Shown one piece after another: positions 38,547-50,332 of a stretch of 64,000 bases of DNA. Positions within the stretch are counted from its first letter, which is position 1; every line of letters begins with the position of its first letter. The stretch is from Paraspadella gotoi (lineage: Eukaryota > Animalia > Chaetognatha), in NCBI GenBank assembly GCA_051294375.1, contig CM119269.1, positions 11,204,883 to 11,268,882 of the forward strand, written 5' to 3'. The position numbers and the translations under genes were made by a program. The notes beneath the pieces were generated by a model, which was given only the letters and a program-made list of their open reading frames with translations, was not told where the DNA came from and did no database searches.

Positions 38547-39660
38547 CGTTGAGCGTCTATCAAGTTCCCCCAAAGCCATCATGAAACTGTAATGAATTAG
38601 GATGACGATGATTTGATGTCTTTCGTCGCCATCGACGTCAACGTCGTCGTCGTCGTTGTCTCCATCGTCGTCGTCGTCATTATTGAAAAGTGGAAGGAAT
38701 TGACTCTGTGACTGCGGCTTGTTTTGAACGACTTCGGAGAATTATTATTATATAATTATTTCTTTATTATTTCCACAGAGCTTCATCGGAATTCCGATAT
38801 TTTTTTTTTCTGAAATAAAAGAAATAATTTGACAGTTCAAACGATAAATAAGCATTGAGCAAGACTAATAGCACTAATAACACTTAAAATAAAACGATAA
38901 TTCCATAAAATTCAACAATTAGGGATTAATCGCGGACACTGTAAATTGGATAAGTATTAAGTATATCAATAAATATATATACCAATATACCAATATATAC
39001 CAATAAACCAATATACCAGTATACCAATTCCGATAAAGTTAAACAAAAGGCATCGAAAATAATTCCTGTCGATGTACAAATTTAAAATTAAATAACCGAT
39101 TATTTTAGTAAGCGATTAGTATCTGTAATCTGTATCTAATTTCAGAATTTTTCTCATCCTGCTTAAAGTTTTAAAAAACATATTCTCTCGGCGGTTATTG
39201 ACATGATCCCATCCGACAAGATAATTTTAAATGTAAATCGGTTTATCTGACAAAAACTGAAAAAAAGGGATAAACAAAAAAAAAAACAAAAAACAAACAA
39301 AAAACAAGTGACTAATCACCGCCTCGCGGTTTCCGTTGCCAAGCGACGAATCTTGAAAAATGCTTCGTCTCTTCCCGACGTTCGTGGCATACAAATCAGT
39401 ATCGTGATGAATCGCGGAGAACATTTCCCGAAATTGATTCTCCCCCCCCCTCACAACTGGCTTTTCCTTCATCTTTTTTCTTTCCTTTTCTCTTCTTATC
39501 ATCGCCTCGTTCTTTCCTTTAGCTTACCTTTACCTTTCCTCGTTACTTTTCAATTTTTTTCTAATTCTCCCGCTAATTACGTCGGAATTCTTTTTCTAAA
39601 TTTTCCTTCTTTTCCTTTTCTCGTTTTTAGCGAAATCTCATTTCAAAGTTTTTTTCTTTT

Positions 39661-39980
39661 TTTTAGTTGCGCCGCGAGTACTCGCGGAGCAACTCTCTAG
39701 GTCATTTCTCGGTCGGTTGGTCGGTATGTCTGTCCGTCAGTCTGTCCTACTTACGCTAAAGATACTTATAACTTGGTTAATTCTTTATCAATTAAGTTTA
39801 TTTTTGGTATGAAGGTAAGGCACCATAAAACCTTTAACGTGCATATACATCATACTTGTGAGTTGTGAAGTTATGTGATAACCTTAAAAATCGATCACAT
39901 GACCCAAAATTTAATGCCGCTTATATTGGTTGCTCCTTTGTTATTTTTGCTGAGCGGGACTGTTAGCGACACCTTTTTTT
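39661..39980 (+). mobile_element. HINE/DINE-1-like (Helentron-associated) non-autonomous element
   Basis: T-run, then 5' hairpin AGTTGCGCCGCGAGTACTCGCGGAGCAACT, a GGTC/GTCC/GTCT microsatellite, 3' inverted sub-terminal GTTGCTCC, a small hairpin and a closing T-run. Confidence 0.6.
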
Positions 39981-42048
39981 TTAAAGAATCTGAAGAATAA
40001 AATACGTTTTCAGATGCAGTGCGTGTCGAAAACACATGGAAATACACGTAATAAGAAATTCACATCGGCGCAACACACATTGTAACCTCCGTTCTAGTTC
40101 TTTTTTTTTTTCTTTTTTTTTTTTTGTTCGTCTTCTTCACTTCTCGATTCTCGAATCCATCCCCGTCATTATCCTTTCATCTTTTTTTTCCTCTAATTTT
40201 TCAGTTTTTTTCCTTTTTCCTCTTTTCTTCTTTCGCGGCTTCGTCTTTACCTTCCGTTCAATCTTTTTCAATTTGTTCCCATTTTTAATTCAACTTTTCA
40301 ATAATTTTTTTTCTAATTCAGTTTTATCCCTTTGTTGTAAATTAGCGACGGGTATAAATAAGCGCTATTAACATTTAACAATCATCTATCGCGACGATTT
40401 ATTTCGGACGAAACGAAACAAAAAACAAATTGAAAAAAAAAAAAAAATTTTGTTTCTTCCATCTTAATTTATATTTTTCGCCGTCTAATTTTCACTTTTT
40501 TGTGTCGATGTCGAAATTACTTTTTTTCTCCTCTTCTTTCAAATTATCTCTCCATATTTTCTTTCTGTAGACTTTCAGCATTAGAATTCCCCTTCCTCCA
40601 TTTAGTGTTCCGCATCCTTTACTTTTCACCCCCTTCTTTTTTCTTCAACCTCTCTTTTATCTTTTTCTCTTTTCTTTTTACTTCTTCTCTTTGACTTCTC
40701 TTCTTTTCGCCGCGAACACCGCCATCTCTCTTTTTTCCTCACAAACAAAAAAGAATTTGTATTGGTTTTTGTTTGTTGTTTGTTTTTCGCTGGGACAAAA
40801 TCTGTTTTTCGGGTGAGTTTTTCAAAACTCTATTCATCACTTCTCACAAAATCCATTTCTCTAATCTGTCATTTTTCCGACTTAATATTTCCAGTTTTTT
40901 TTCCTCTTGCGATTTATTCTCTCCTTTTTTCCTCTATTCTTCTTTTTGACGATTTTTCTCACATTTTTTCACTGAGAAAAAAAGTTTTTTCTCTGCTTGC
41001 AGACGGTGCCATCGGGGCATCATATTACATACATTCCACGGCTTGATGCCGTTATTCTTTAAATAAATTTTCATTTCATCTATTTATAAATCAATGAAAT
41101 TACAATGTTCAAAAGTAATTTAAAACGTTCACCGTCTTTCGGCGACTCGTTGAAACACGAAATCGATCAAAGCGAGTGTTTTTTTTAAAAACAATTTATT
41201 TTTGTTTTGTTTTTTTATTCATATTTAATTATCTTAATTAATAACAAAACTTTCTCGGCATCCGAATTTTTAAAAAATGCTTCTTTGCATAAAATCTCAT
41301 CTTAATTGAATTCCTTAAAAAATTGTTCTTTTTTCCTGGCGGACAACCTTCTCATTCCCTACGTTTTCGTAGTTATTCTTCGTCTCGTTCGACTCATTTG
41401 GCCCCCGAATTGGGATCACCCCTCGATACATTCGTCAGCCGCTCTCACCGCTCGCGCTAAACGACTCACTTCACATTCGCCTTCGCATCGGTGAACCCTC
41501 GCCCAATTTCGTCGTTTACCTAATGAATCCCGTTGCTCGGGTTGACACCTCACCTCTTTCACGACTCACCCCGCACCCGCATCACGCCTCGATCCCGCTC
41601 TGATCCCCTTCCCTCACCCCCACGCCGTCTTGGCAACGGGAATTGAAGGTCGTAGGATTCCATTTCCCCTAATGATTCCTGCAGGAGACTTTGTCCCGAC
41701 TCTTGATGTTTCTCCCTTATGATGGCCAATCTTTTTTTCCTTTTTTTTTCTTTTTTTTTGCCGTGGGAAGGGTGAAGGGGCGAAAAATGTAAGCGTCGAG
41801 GTTTGGCCAGATGTAGTCGTTGAGTTAGTGCTCTCAAGGGATGAATTATTTGTTAATTTTTGGTCGCATATGGTTCTCATACAGTCATGAATTTAATGCA
41901 AAAGTTCAATTTTATCTTTAGCAAACCCACTATCGACTTGGAAGGGAGTTGGTGAAGAAACAGTTATGACTGAGGGACGAGGCGGTAAGCGAAGTCGAGA
42001 TGTGTAGTCGGGCATTGCCTAGGTTCACGCCGCCTAGAAACATGACGC

Positions 42049-42298
42049 TTTCAGTTGTGACCCGGTGGCTCATTGAGTAAAGCCATCAGCTCATGACCAC
42101 TAGGTACCGGGTTCAATCCCAACACGGTACCTACTCTGCGGGAAGCGTGAGGACGGCCGTAAGCCGCCTTGGGGGCATGGCAAACCCTCAAGCCTGGTTC
42201 CAAGCCCAGGGACCCGTTCCATGGCTGCGAGAGGGGGTTATAGAAGTTACGGACAGTCATCTTCAGCCCACGTAGCGCCTTATCCACAGATGTCTGGT
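42049..42298 (+). mobile_element. tRNA-derived SINE
   Basis: A-box-like TGGCTCATTGA at 42066-42076 and B-box GGTTCAATCCC at 42110-42120, followed by a GC-rich body. A related copy lies at 58499-58614. Confidence 0.7.
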
Positions 42299-43196
42299 TA
42301 AAGATGACGGTTGCCGAGGGTTAAAATCCAAAGGTTGATTTCTCTTCTTTCAAGACCTTCGAAAATAGGGAGGTGAAAAGTAGTCTCTCTCTCTCTCTCT
42401 CTTTCTCTCTCCCTCTCCTTCTTCCTTCCTTCCATCTCCACTAAAATTCTCAAGGAAATCAATCTAAACGACACGAGGCAAATCATTCACAATCAAAAAG
42501 CAACGTTTGGCATTTCTTTCTTTTTATTCAAATGCGGAGTCGAGCGAAATTTCTCGACGCCTCCCGCGATGCGGCCAACGTTCGCCATTGTTGTCTCCTT
42601 CTGCGTCATTGTTTATCGATGAAACGAAATCAGCGTCACTCGATTTGCAGTTTGCGCACGAAACGATTTTTACGTTTCACAAAGTGAAACGATACTGAGC
42701 TTTCGCTTACTTTGTTTTATATTATAATTTATATTCTCTTTTCCTCGAGTGCCATACTTGTCGCGCGTTCATCGTTCACTCGGCACAGGGCTCTTTTTTT
42801 TTGTGTCGGCGCACAGTGCTCTTTCTCTCGCAGGGAAAAAAAACCCGGAGAGATGAAATCTCGGGGCATCGGAATTTTCTCTCGAAAAAAAAATTTTTTT
42901 TGGAGATTTAAGAAGATTTTTTTTTTGTCTTTTGGGATAAAAAAAAAAACTCTTGAGACTTCGTCGATGTCGTTGTCTTCAGTGACGTCGTCGTCGTCGT
43001 CTTCATTGTCGTCGTCGTCGTAGTCCTCGTCTTTGAAGACAGACATTTGTTTCAATCTCGACCTCCGCTGGGGGTAGGAGAGCGAGAAACGAGGGATTTA
43101 AAAGCGGGAGAATGTAGAGGGGAGAGAGAAGAGGAGGAGGAAAACGAGGCGAAAAAAAGGAAGGAATCGAGGGAATTGAGTGCGTGAGCGTGTGGA

Positions 43197-44019
43197 AAGA
43201 AAGGCAAAGAAAGGAAAGCAAAGAAAAGCACAAAAGGAAAGAGAGGCAAAGAAAGGAAAGCAAAGAAAAGGCGTACGAAAGGAAAGAGAGGCAAAGAAAG
43301 GAAAGCAAAGAAAAGCACGAAAGGGGAAGAAAGGCAAAGAAAGGAAAGAAAGAAATAGCACGAAAAGGAAAGAAAGGCAAAGAAAAGAAGGAAAGCCAAA
43401 GAAAAAGCACGAAAGGAAAGAAAAGGCAAAGAAAGGAACCAAAGAAAAGCACGAAAGGAAAGAAAGGCCAAAGAAAGGAAAGCAAAGAAAAGCAACAAAA
43501 GAAAGAAAGGCAAAGAAAGGAAAGCAAAGAAAAGCACGAAAGGAAAGAAAGGCAAAGAAAGGAAAGCAAAGAAAAGCACGAAAGGAAAGAAAGGTAAACA
43601 AAGGAAAGCAAGAAAAGCACGAAAGGAAAGAAAGGCAAAGAAAGGAAAGCAAAGAAAAGCACGAAAAGAAAGAAGAAAGCAAAGAAAGGAAAGCAAAGAA
43701 AAGCACGAAAGGAAAGAAAGGCAAAAGAAAGAAAGCGCAAAGAAAAGCACACGAAGGAAAGAAAGGCAAAGAAAGGAAAGCAAAGAAAAGCACGAAAGGA
43801 AAGAAAGGCAAAGAAAGGAAAGCAAAGAAAAGCACGAAAAAGAAAGAAAGGCAAAGAAAGGAAAGCAAAAGAAAAGCACGAAGGAAAGAAAGGCAAAGAA
43901 AGGAAAGCAAAGAAAAGCACGAAAGGAAAGAAAGGCAAAGAAAGGAAAGCAAAGAAAAGCCACGAAAGGAAAGAAAGCAAAGAAAGGAAAGCAAAGAAAA
44001 GCACGAAAGGAAAGAAAGG
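43197..44019. repeat. 42-bp minisatellite, about 20 copies (ACGAAAGGAAAGAAAGGCAAAGAAAGGAAAGCAAAGAAAAGC)
   Basis: Directly visible tandem array. The + strand is almost T-free. Confidence 0.95.
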
Positions 44020-44599
44020 TACGACGGAAATAAGTATGAACTCGACGGAATGCAGGTCGGCTAGGTGGGGAAAGGATTGCTGAGGGTAAGTCGGGAGAAG
44101 GTAGAACAAAGGATATGAAATTTAAAAAAAAAGGAGTAAAGATTCGGATGACAAGCTGAGCAACAGTTTTAACGGCTCAGATATTAAGTTTAAAAAAAAA
44201 AGATTTATGAACCGACAAAAAATAAGCGCTCTTAGCTCGATCGGGATCGACATCTTGTCAAAAGTGTGTTGCCTTAGAAAAAGAAAAAAGGGAAGTGGAA
44301 AAAAGGAAGGCTCTGGTTTCGTTTTTATGCAATTGTTAAAAAAAGTAACCGACTGAAAAACGGATATTTTTGAGATGTTAATATTTTGTTAACCTTTTTT
44401 ACGGTAAATAATAAAACGGCAATTTTGAAGTGTTGATTTTCTTAACATGTGTAATACACTGCGGCGCACAAAAAAAGTAGCCACTTTTTCACATCGAAAA
44501 AAAAAAAACCGTATCTACAAATATACATAAAACAGGGCTTATTGAAAGATGAAGCGATTGGTCCAAGTCCCAATAAAATCGAGCAAAGCGTTCGTAGTC

Positions 44600-44890
44600 A
44601 ATTGGTACAAAATTTGGTTTCGTTAAAAAGAGTCAATGACTTTTCCTTATTATAAAATATTTATAATATAAAATTGGCTGAGCAAATTTTTTACCAAATA
44701 CCAAATATTACTGATTTTGAATTGAAACAAGTACGTCACCTTTTTATCAATTCAGTATTATCCGAGTTTTGAGAATTTAAAATTTAAGTTGTATTGATGG
44801 ATGGGGATCAACGGACGGACCGACCAACCGACCGACTGAAAAGAGACTTATTGAGTTGCTCCGCGATTACTCGCAGCGCGACTAAAAAAA
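44600..44890 (-). mobile_element. Second HINE/DINE-like copy (5' end clear, 3' end uncertain)
   Basis: GGACGGACCGACCAACCGACCGAC...GAGTTGCTCCGCGATTACTCGCAGCGCGACTAAAAA is the reverse complement of the 39661 head. A third microsatellite fragment (GGACCGACGGACCGACA) sits at the window end. Confidence 0.55.
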
Positions 44891-45754
44891 AAGAGATTGA
44901 AAACATATTTCCTATCTGTGAAAAACCTTTCACCTCTCCACGGGGAAACTAAAATCATTAAACCCGCATATTAATTTGTTTTTAAGGATCCCGGCTGAAA
45001 AAAAAACCGTCGTCGACAATAAATGAACTCAAATTTACGAAGAAAAAAAACCCGCGTATTAAGTCGGCGTCGTCGTCGTCGTCGTCTTGATAGTCGTAGA
45101 AATGGAAATGGAATTGTAAACAATCTTCATCGTCACATTGATTTGAGGAAAGTAGAATCTATTTTAAACTGCGAAGATTGACCCCAAAAGCTAGAAACGG
45201 ATAAATACTAATTCTTTTCGAACTATTAATAAAAATGACTTAAAGAATGTAAAATGAACTACCACTACTTACAGACCTGTGCATAAAAAAGAGGACATCC
45301 AAAAACATTATGAAGATAAATCAAATTAGATTCCTTTAAAGATATTATAAGTTAATAATATTCCTGGAAAAAGTAACTCTTGGTGTAAATTTGGTTAATA
45401 CGTGGCTATCTGTTACTAAGAGTGATTTTTTAAGTTACAACTACCAAGTACTCAAACAGACTGTCAGAGCAGAATAAAATTAAGGTATCTTTAACATTTT
45501 GTGTTTAAAGTGCTGTTGCTGGACCGATTTTCTTTTAAGATGCACATTTGGATTTCTCTTTCAAAAGTCGTTATTATAATATAAAGCTAAAAAGAATTTT
45601 CGGTTTTTGGCAGATCTTCAAAAATGTTTTTTTGTAGAGACTCAAATGACAATAGTTTTTGACCAATTGTCAAGAAAAAATTCTTTAAAAACATAATAAG
45701 TTAAAGATAACAAAATATTTTTTACCAAAATATCTAAATTGGAAAAAAATAAAA

Positions 45755-45855
45755 TTTAACCGAATTTAACCGTTAAAATAAAAAAATTAACGGTTAAGTT
45801 AAAAAAAATTTTCATCGTTATTAACGGTTCATTTTTAACAGTTAAGGAATCCCTA
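45755..45855. mobile_element. Orphan right end of a hAT-like element
   Basis: Clustered TTAACCG/TAACGGTT subterminal motifs ending in AATCCCTA (TAGGG-type TIR). No matching left end with a TSD was found. Confidence 0.35.
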
Positions 45856-46228
45856 GTCGGTACAGCCGCGTGACGCCGTTTCTGTCATAATACCGAAGCA
45901 GCATAAAACCGTCACGCTCTGCGACTGCGCTCCGTGTCAGCGTGACACCGTCATCGTCTCGTTTTCCCAGAAAAAAATAGAGATTGTTGTTGTCGTCATC
46001 ATCATTGTCGTCGTCGTCGTCGTCGTTTCCGCAACATTTGAAACGCGGAAATATACGATGTCGTCGTCGTCGTCGTCGTCAGCCTAATGGCGCAAATGCT
46101 CCGTAATGTCATAAAAAAAATGAAGGTTTTGATATCTACGATTTATTTTGGAGCATTTCCACACCATCCCCGTTCTCAACCTGCCCCTTTCGTTCCTGTC
46201 CACAAATAGTTACTCACTCTCTGTCTCT

Positions 46229-46305
<77 letters not shown>

Positions 46306-46368
46306 AAAGTGACCCCTCTCGCGTCAGCTCTAGCCTGAGTTAAATAGTTACCTCTCTCTCTCTCCCTC

Positions 46369-46435
<67 letters not shown>

Positions 46436-46939
46436 TCTCTATTATATCTTTCTAAGCGACCCCTCGCGGTGAGCTCTCGCCTGAGTTCTAACCCTCCCCA
46501 ATGATGACCTCGCCACTAACAAGCCACCAGGGCCCGCCTCCGTCCTCCGTCTCATTCAATCGCTGATCCGCCCTTTTGCGTCGCCTCTTGACGCCGCCCA
46601 TTCGAGAGGCTGCGTCGAAGCCTCTAGATTCCGGCTACGCCCCTTCCATCCGTCCCGCGAGGGAACGCTCGTCCGCCATCTATGCGTCATTACCGCCCCC
46701 ATTTCTTTCTACTTTTCCGTCCACCCAATTTATTTAATACTTTATTCTCTTCACCCCACTCTTTCATTTCTCCTCCGTTTTGCACAGCTTTCCTCCCGCC
46801 CCCTCTTCCGCTTTTCATCGTCGGAAGCTTCACTGAAAATCTATTTCGTGTTGTCTCTTCCCTCTGGGAAATTTCAAACGAGATTTTTTTTTCTTAAATT
46901 CGCCATCATGCCCTCGCTCGTCCTCTTTCACTTTCTGAG

Positions 46940-47008
<69 letters not shown>

Positions 47009-47294
47009 ATTCTTTCTCCCTTTCTCCCTCTCTTTCTTTAGTAATTTTTTTCTTGTTTTCTTATTCGAGACGTTATACATACAAATATCATACAAGTTTC
47101 CAGGCTCTCTAATTGGTACTATATAACTAATATGTTCTACAACCATCATCGCTTTCATAGGTCGCTGAACTCGTATTCAATTATCTTTTAATAATAGTAG
47201 TTAATAAAATGTAAGCAATCTGGAAACCTAGTAAGCCAAGCCTGCTACCTGCTACCTGCTACCTGGAATAAATCATTTTTAATTTGGCTGATTA

Positions 47295-47350
<56 letters not shown>

Positions 47351-47496
47351 CTAAGTTTTACTCATTTTTCCAACTCTTTTTTACAATCTTTGTTACTTAT
47401 TCTTTTTTATTAAATCACATGGATTCTTTCCAGAAAAAAAAAACTTAGACCTTTCAAGAATAAAACAAACTGATACCTCATTCTTTTTTTTTGCTA

Positions 47497-48550
47497 CCAT
47501 GATGGAAAAAAAATTGTCGCGGTTACTTTCCAGCTATTTTTTAGCATTTTAATGTAAGAATCAAAAAATAAAATTTAGATATTTAGGAAAAAAAAAAACA
47601 AAAAATAATTTATTTGTTTTTATCAACGAATTGTATTATAAATTGTTTTTTTTCTCCTAAATTTCAAAACGCAACGAAATTGATAGTTTATACACAATTT
47701 AGATATTAAAAAAACTTTAGCCTTTTATGATTCATATGAGGTGTACGACAAAAAATACAAGAGTTCCATCCAAAAGAAAATGAGTTGTCCAAAAAAAGTT
47801 TTTTTATTTTTTATCTTTTTCATATTTATACTTTTTATTTATACTAATTTCCGGTTCTTTTTTATTCCTTTTTGAGTTAAACCTTTACTATTAAAAATCC
47901 CTGCCTTTTCTCAGTCTCATGACAAATGGTTATTGCATCATCTCCATTAGAATAGATTCAGGGATAAATCTTAATTCATATGTCAAAAAAGAGTGGTTTT
48001 AAAAATATATTGATGCTATAGATGCTCCAGAATATTAATTTTATATTGTAAAGTATGAATAAAAGTTATAAGGCTCCGGGTAAACTTTTTGTAAACAAAG
48101 TTATTATTTTTATTTACTTCTGGATGTATTATCAGAAGCAAGTATCAAACAAGTCGAAAAAAAAAATAAAATTTTGTTGAAGTAAAAATGCATCATCGCA
48201 TTATGCAGGAATAACTCAAGCCTGATTTACTATATAGGGGATTAATCTTTTTCATTGCTTGCCAATGACCATTTTTTTCCCCAAATCTGATAAAAAATAT
48301 TATATCAGAGATATAATATTAATAATGATGTTAGTAATCCTCTTGATCAAAAAGAGGTGAAAAGAGTTGCAGATAACCTTTTTTGGAAGTATTTATATGT
48401 ATTAAATAATTTTATGCTGTTAAAAAATAATCTTTTTATTCAGTCCTAGGGAGGTCGTATTAAATAAACCTATTTCCGGGCAAAAAATATATTTGACAAT
48501 GAAATTAATAAACTTTTCCAAACCGCGACAATTTTTTTCTTCCATCATGG
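47497..48550. mobile_element. TA-targeting (Tc1/mariner/pogo-type) non-autonomous element, 1054 bp
   Basis: TIRs CCATGATGGAAAAAAAATTGTCGCGGTT and AACCGCGACAATTTTTTTCTTCCATCATGG, with TA on both flanks. Confidence 0.85.
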
Positions 48551-48944
48551 TAGAATAAAATGCTCAATTAAACCTTAGCAACAATCAACATTCATTTCCT
48601 CTTTAATCAAGATTTCAAAGCGACTCTCGTTTTTTTTTCACTTCTCTCTTGTCTTTCGCGTTTGTGTTTCAATTTTTTTTCTGTCATCTTTATCATAACA
48701 GTCGTCCATGACTGACTCGTCAACTCGATCATATTCTGTTGAGATAATTTTCCCTGACGCTAATAACTCCCTCAGTTCCTCGTCTCACTTTATTCAACTC
48801 TCTCTGCTTTTCTCCCCTCATAATGACATTCAACATTCAACATTCAACATTCTCCACCTTAAAAAAAAAAACCGTAAGCTCATGTTTGCGCGTGAATCAC
48901 TGAAGAGGCTCTTCAAACAAAAACCTGTCAAACCTTTTTATTTT

Positions 48945-49320
48945 CGAGGCGTGACGTCCACAAAAAAAAAGGGGGGGGGAGAAATGAACTCTCGCGTTTT
49001 AACGAAAGAAGGGAAGCGAACGTGCGGAAATTCGAGGCCAATTAGCGTCGAGTGAGACGCGCGATGACGAAAATTTTCTAAAAAAAAAAAACGAATTCGT
49101 AAAAAAAAAATAGCATCGATATTTGTCTCCATTGGCGAATCTTTAAACCGACTATTAGTCTAAAAAATATCGTCTCCGCCAATGAGAAGCTCCGCTACGA
49201 AAGCGAGAACCAATCGTATTTAAGAGTGGAGGATTTCCCGGTAATGGAGCTCTTTTCGCTGATGCTGACGTAGCGATTCCGAAAGGAGATAGTCACGTGC
49301 GGGGAAATCTGGGTTGTGAG
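48945..49320. promoter_or_regulatory. Candidate promoter/enhancer motif cluster
   Basis: Four CCAAT/ATTGG boxes (~49038, ~49131, ~49179, ~49211), CRE-like TGACGT (~48952, ~49266) and E-box GTCACGTG (~49292) in CpG-rich context. Motif evidence only. Confidence 0.3.
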
Positions 49321-49795
49321 GGGGAATGCTAAAGAGGTCTGTAACTTGGGAGAGGATGGGAGGAGTGAGGGGGAAGTCAGTGAAAGAAGAATGAAATAAA
49401 AAAAAAAATTTTCTACAGACATCGATTAATTATTACTCAATAGAAATTTCAAAATCGTCAAAGTTGAAAGGGTCAACTAAAGTGACCATTACATTATACA
49501 TCAATGGTAAATAAGAACCAACTGGAGTCGTATTACTTCTCCTTTCGTTAGAGGGGATATCTGTCACTACTCCCCCCTGTACCTTTATACTGACCGGTTT
49601 CTCTCTCTCTCTCTCGTTTCGTCTTTCCTCTCGTCTATCTTCTCTCTTCTCTCCTCCTCTCTCCTCTCTCTCTATCTTAAAAAAATTTGAAAGAATTATT
49701 TTCATATGATGCCTAAATACGTAGACTTAAAGTTAAAAGTAATGAAGTAGCTTTTTTTGGCCTTTTGTTTTATTTTGTGCTAAAGCTCCATTGAA

Positions 49796-49854
<59 letters not shown>

Positions 49855-50289
49855 TCTCTCTCTCTCTTTCTTGTTATTCTAGTTTCGACATTTTAGTTTT
49901 CAAACAACGACAACTACAACACTAGGTCCACTCGTAGCTTCAAATTTAGTAACCTTTACGACAGCGACGGTTGGTTGACCTCTTCGCTTTCTCGGCGCGT
50001 TCGGCTGAGGAGGCGGTGGGGCGGGGGCGGTGGGCGGGGGCAAAGAGGGTAAGAGATTCTTTTTCTTCAATGTTTTTGTTGTTTTCGTCGTGACGACGTC
50101 GATGCCAAGACGCCGCCCACGGTGTTGCTCGAATGGATCATCGCCACTCTATCCTTCGTCTCTTCCGTTTGTTGTTTCTTGTTTTTTTTCTTTCTTTTTT
50201 TTTTCGGTTTGTTTGTTTGTTTGAAAGTCAAGAGTTAAGTCAAAACTACCTAAAAATCCGAGAAAAAAAACCGGATTAAATTTCTTTCT

Positions 50290-50332
<43 letters not shown>

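Noticed and set aside
42055-42130. tRNA gene
   Set aside because: A and B boxes are present, but there is no convincing acceptor stem or T-run terminator, and it continues into a repeat body, so it was called a SINE head.
43003-44109. Long ORFs of 294-368 aa on both strands (protamine-like or membrane-like)
   Set aside because: They are translations of the 42-bp minisatellite, whose base composition excludes stop codons.
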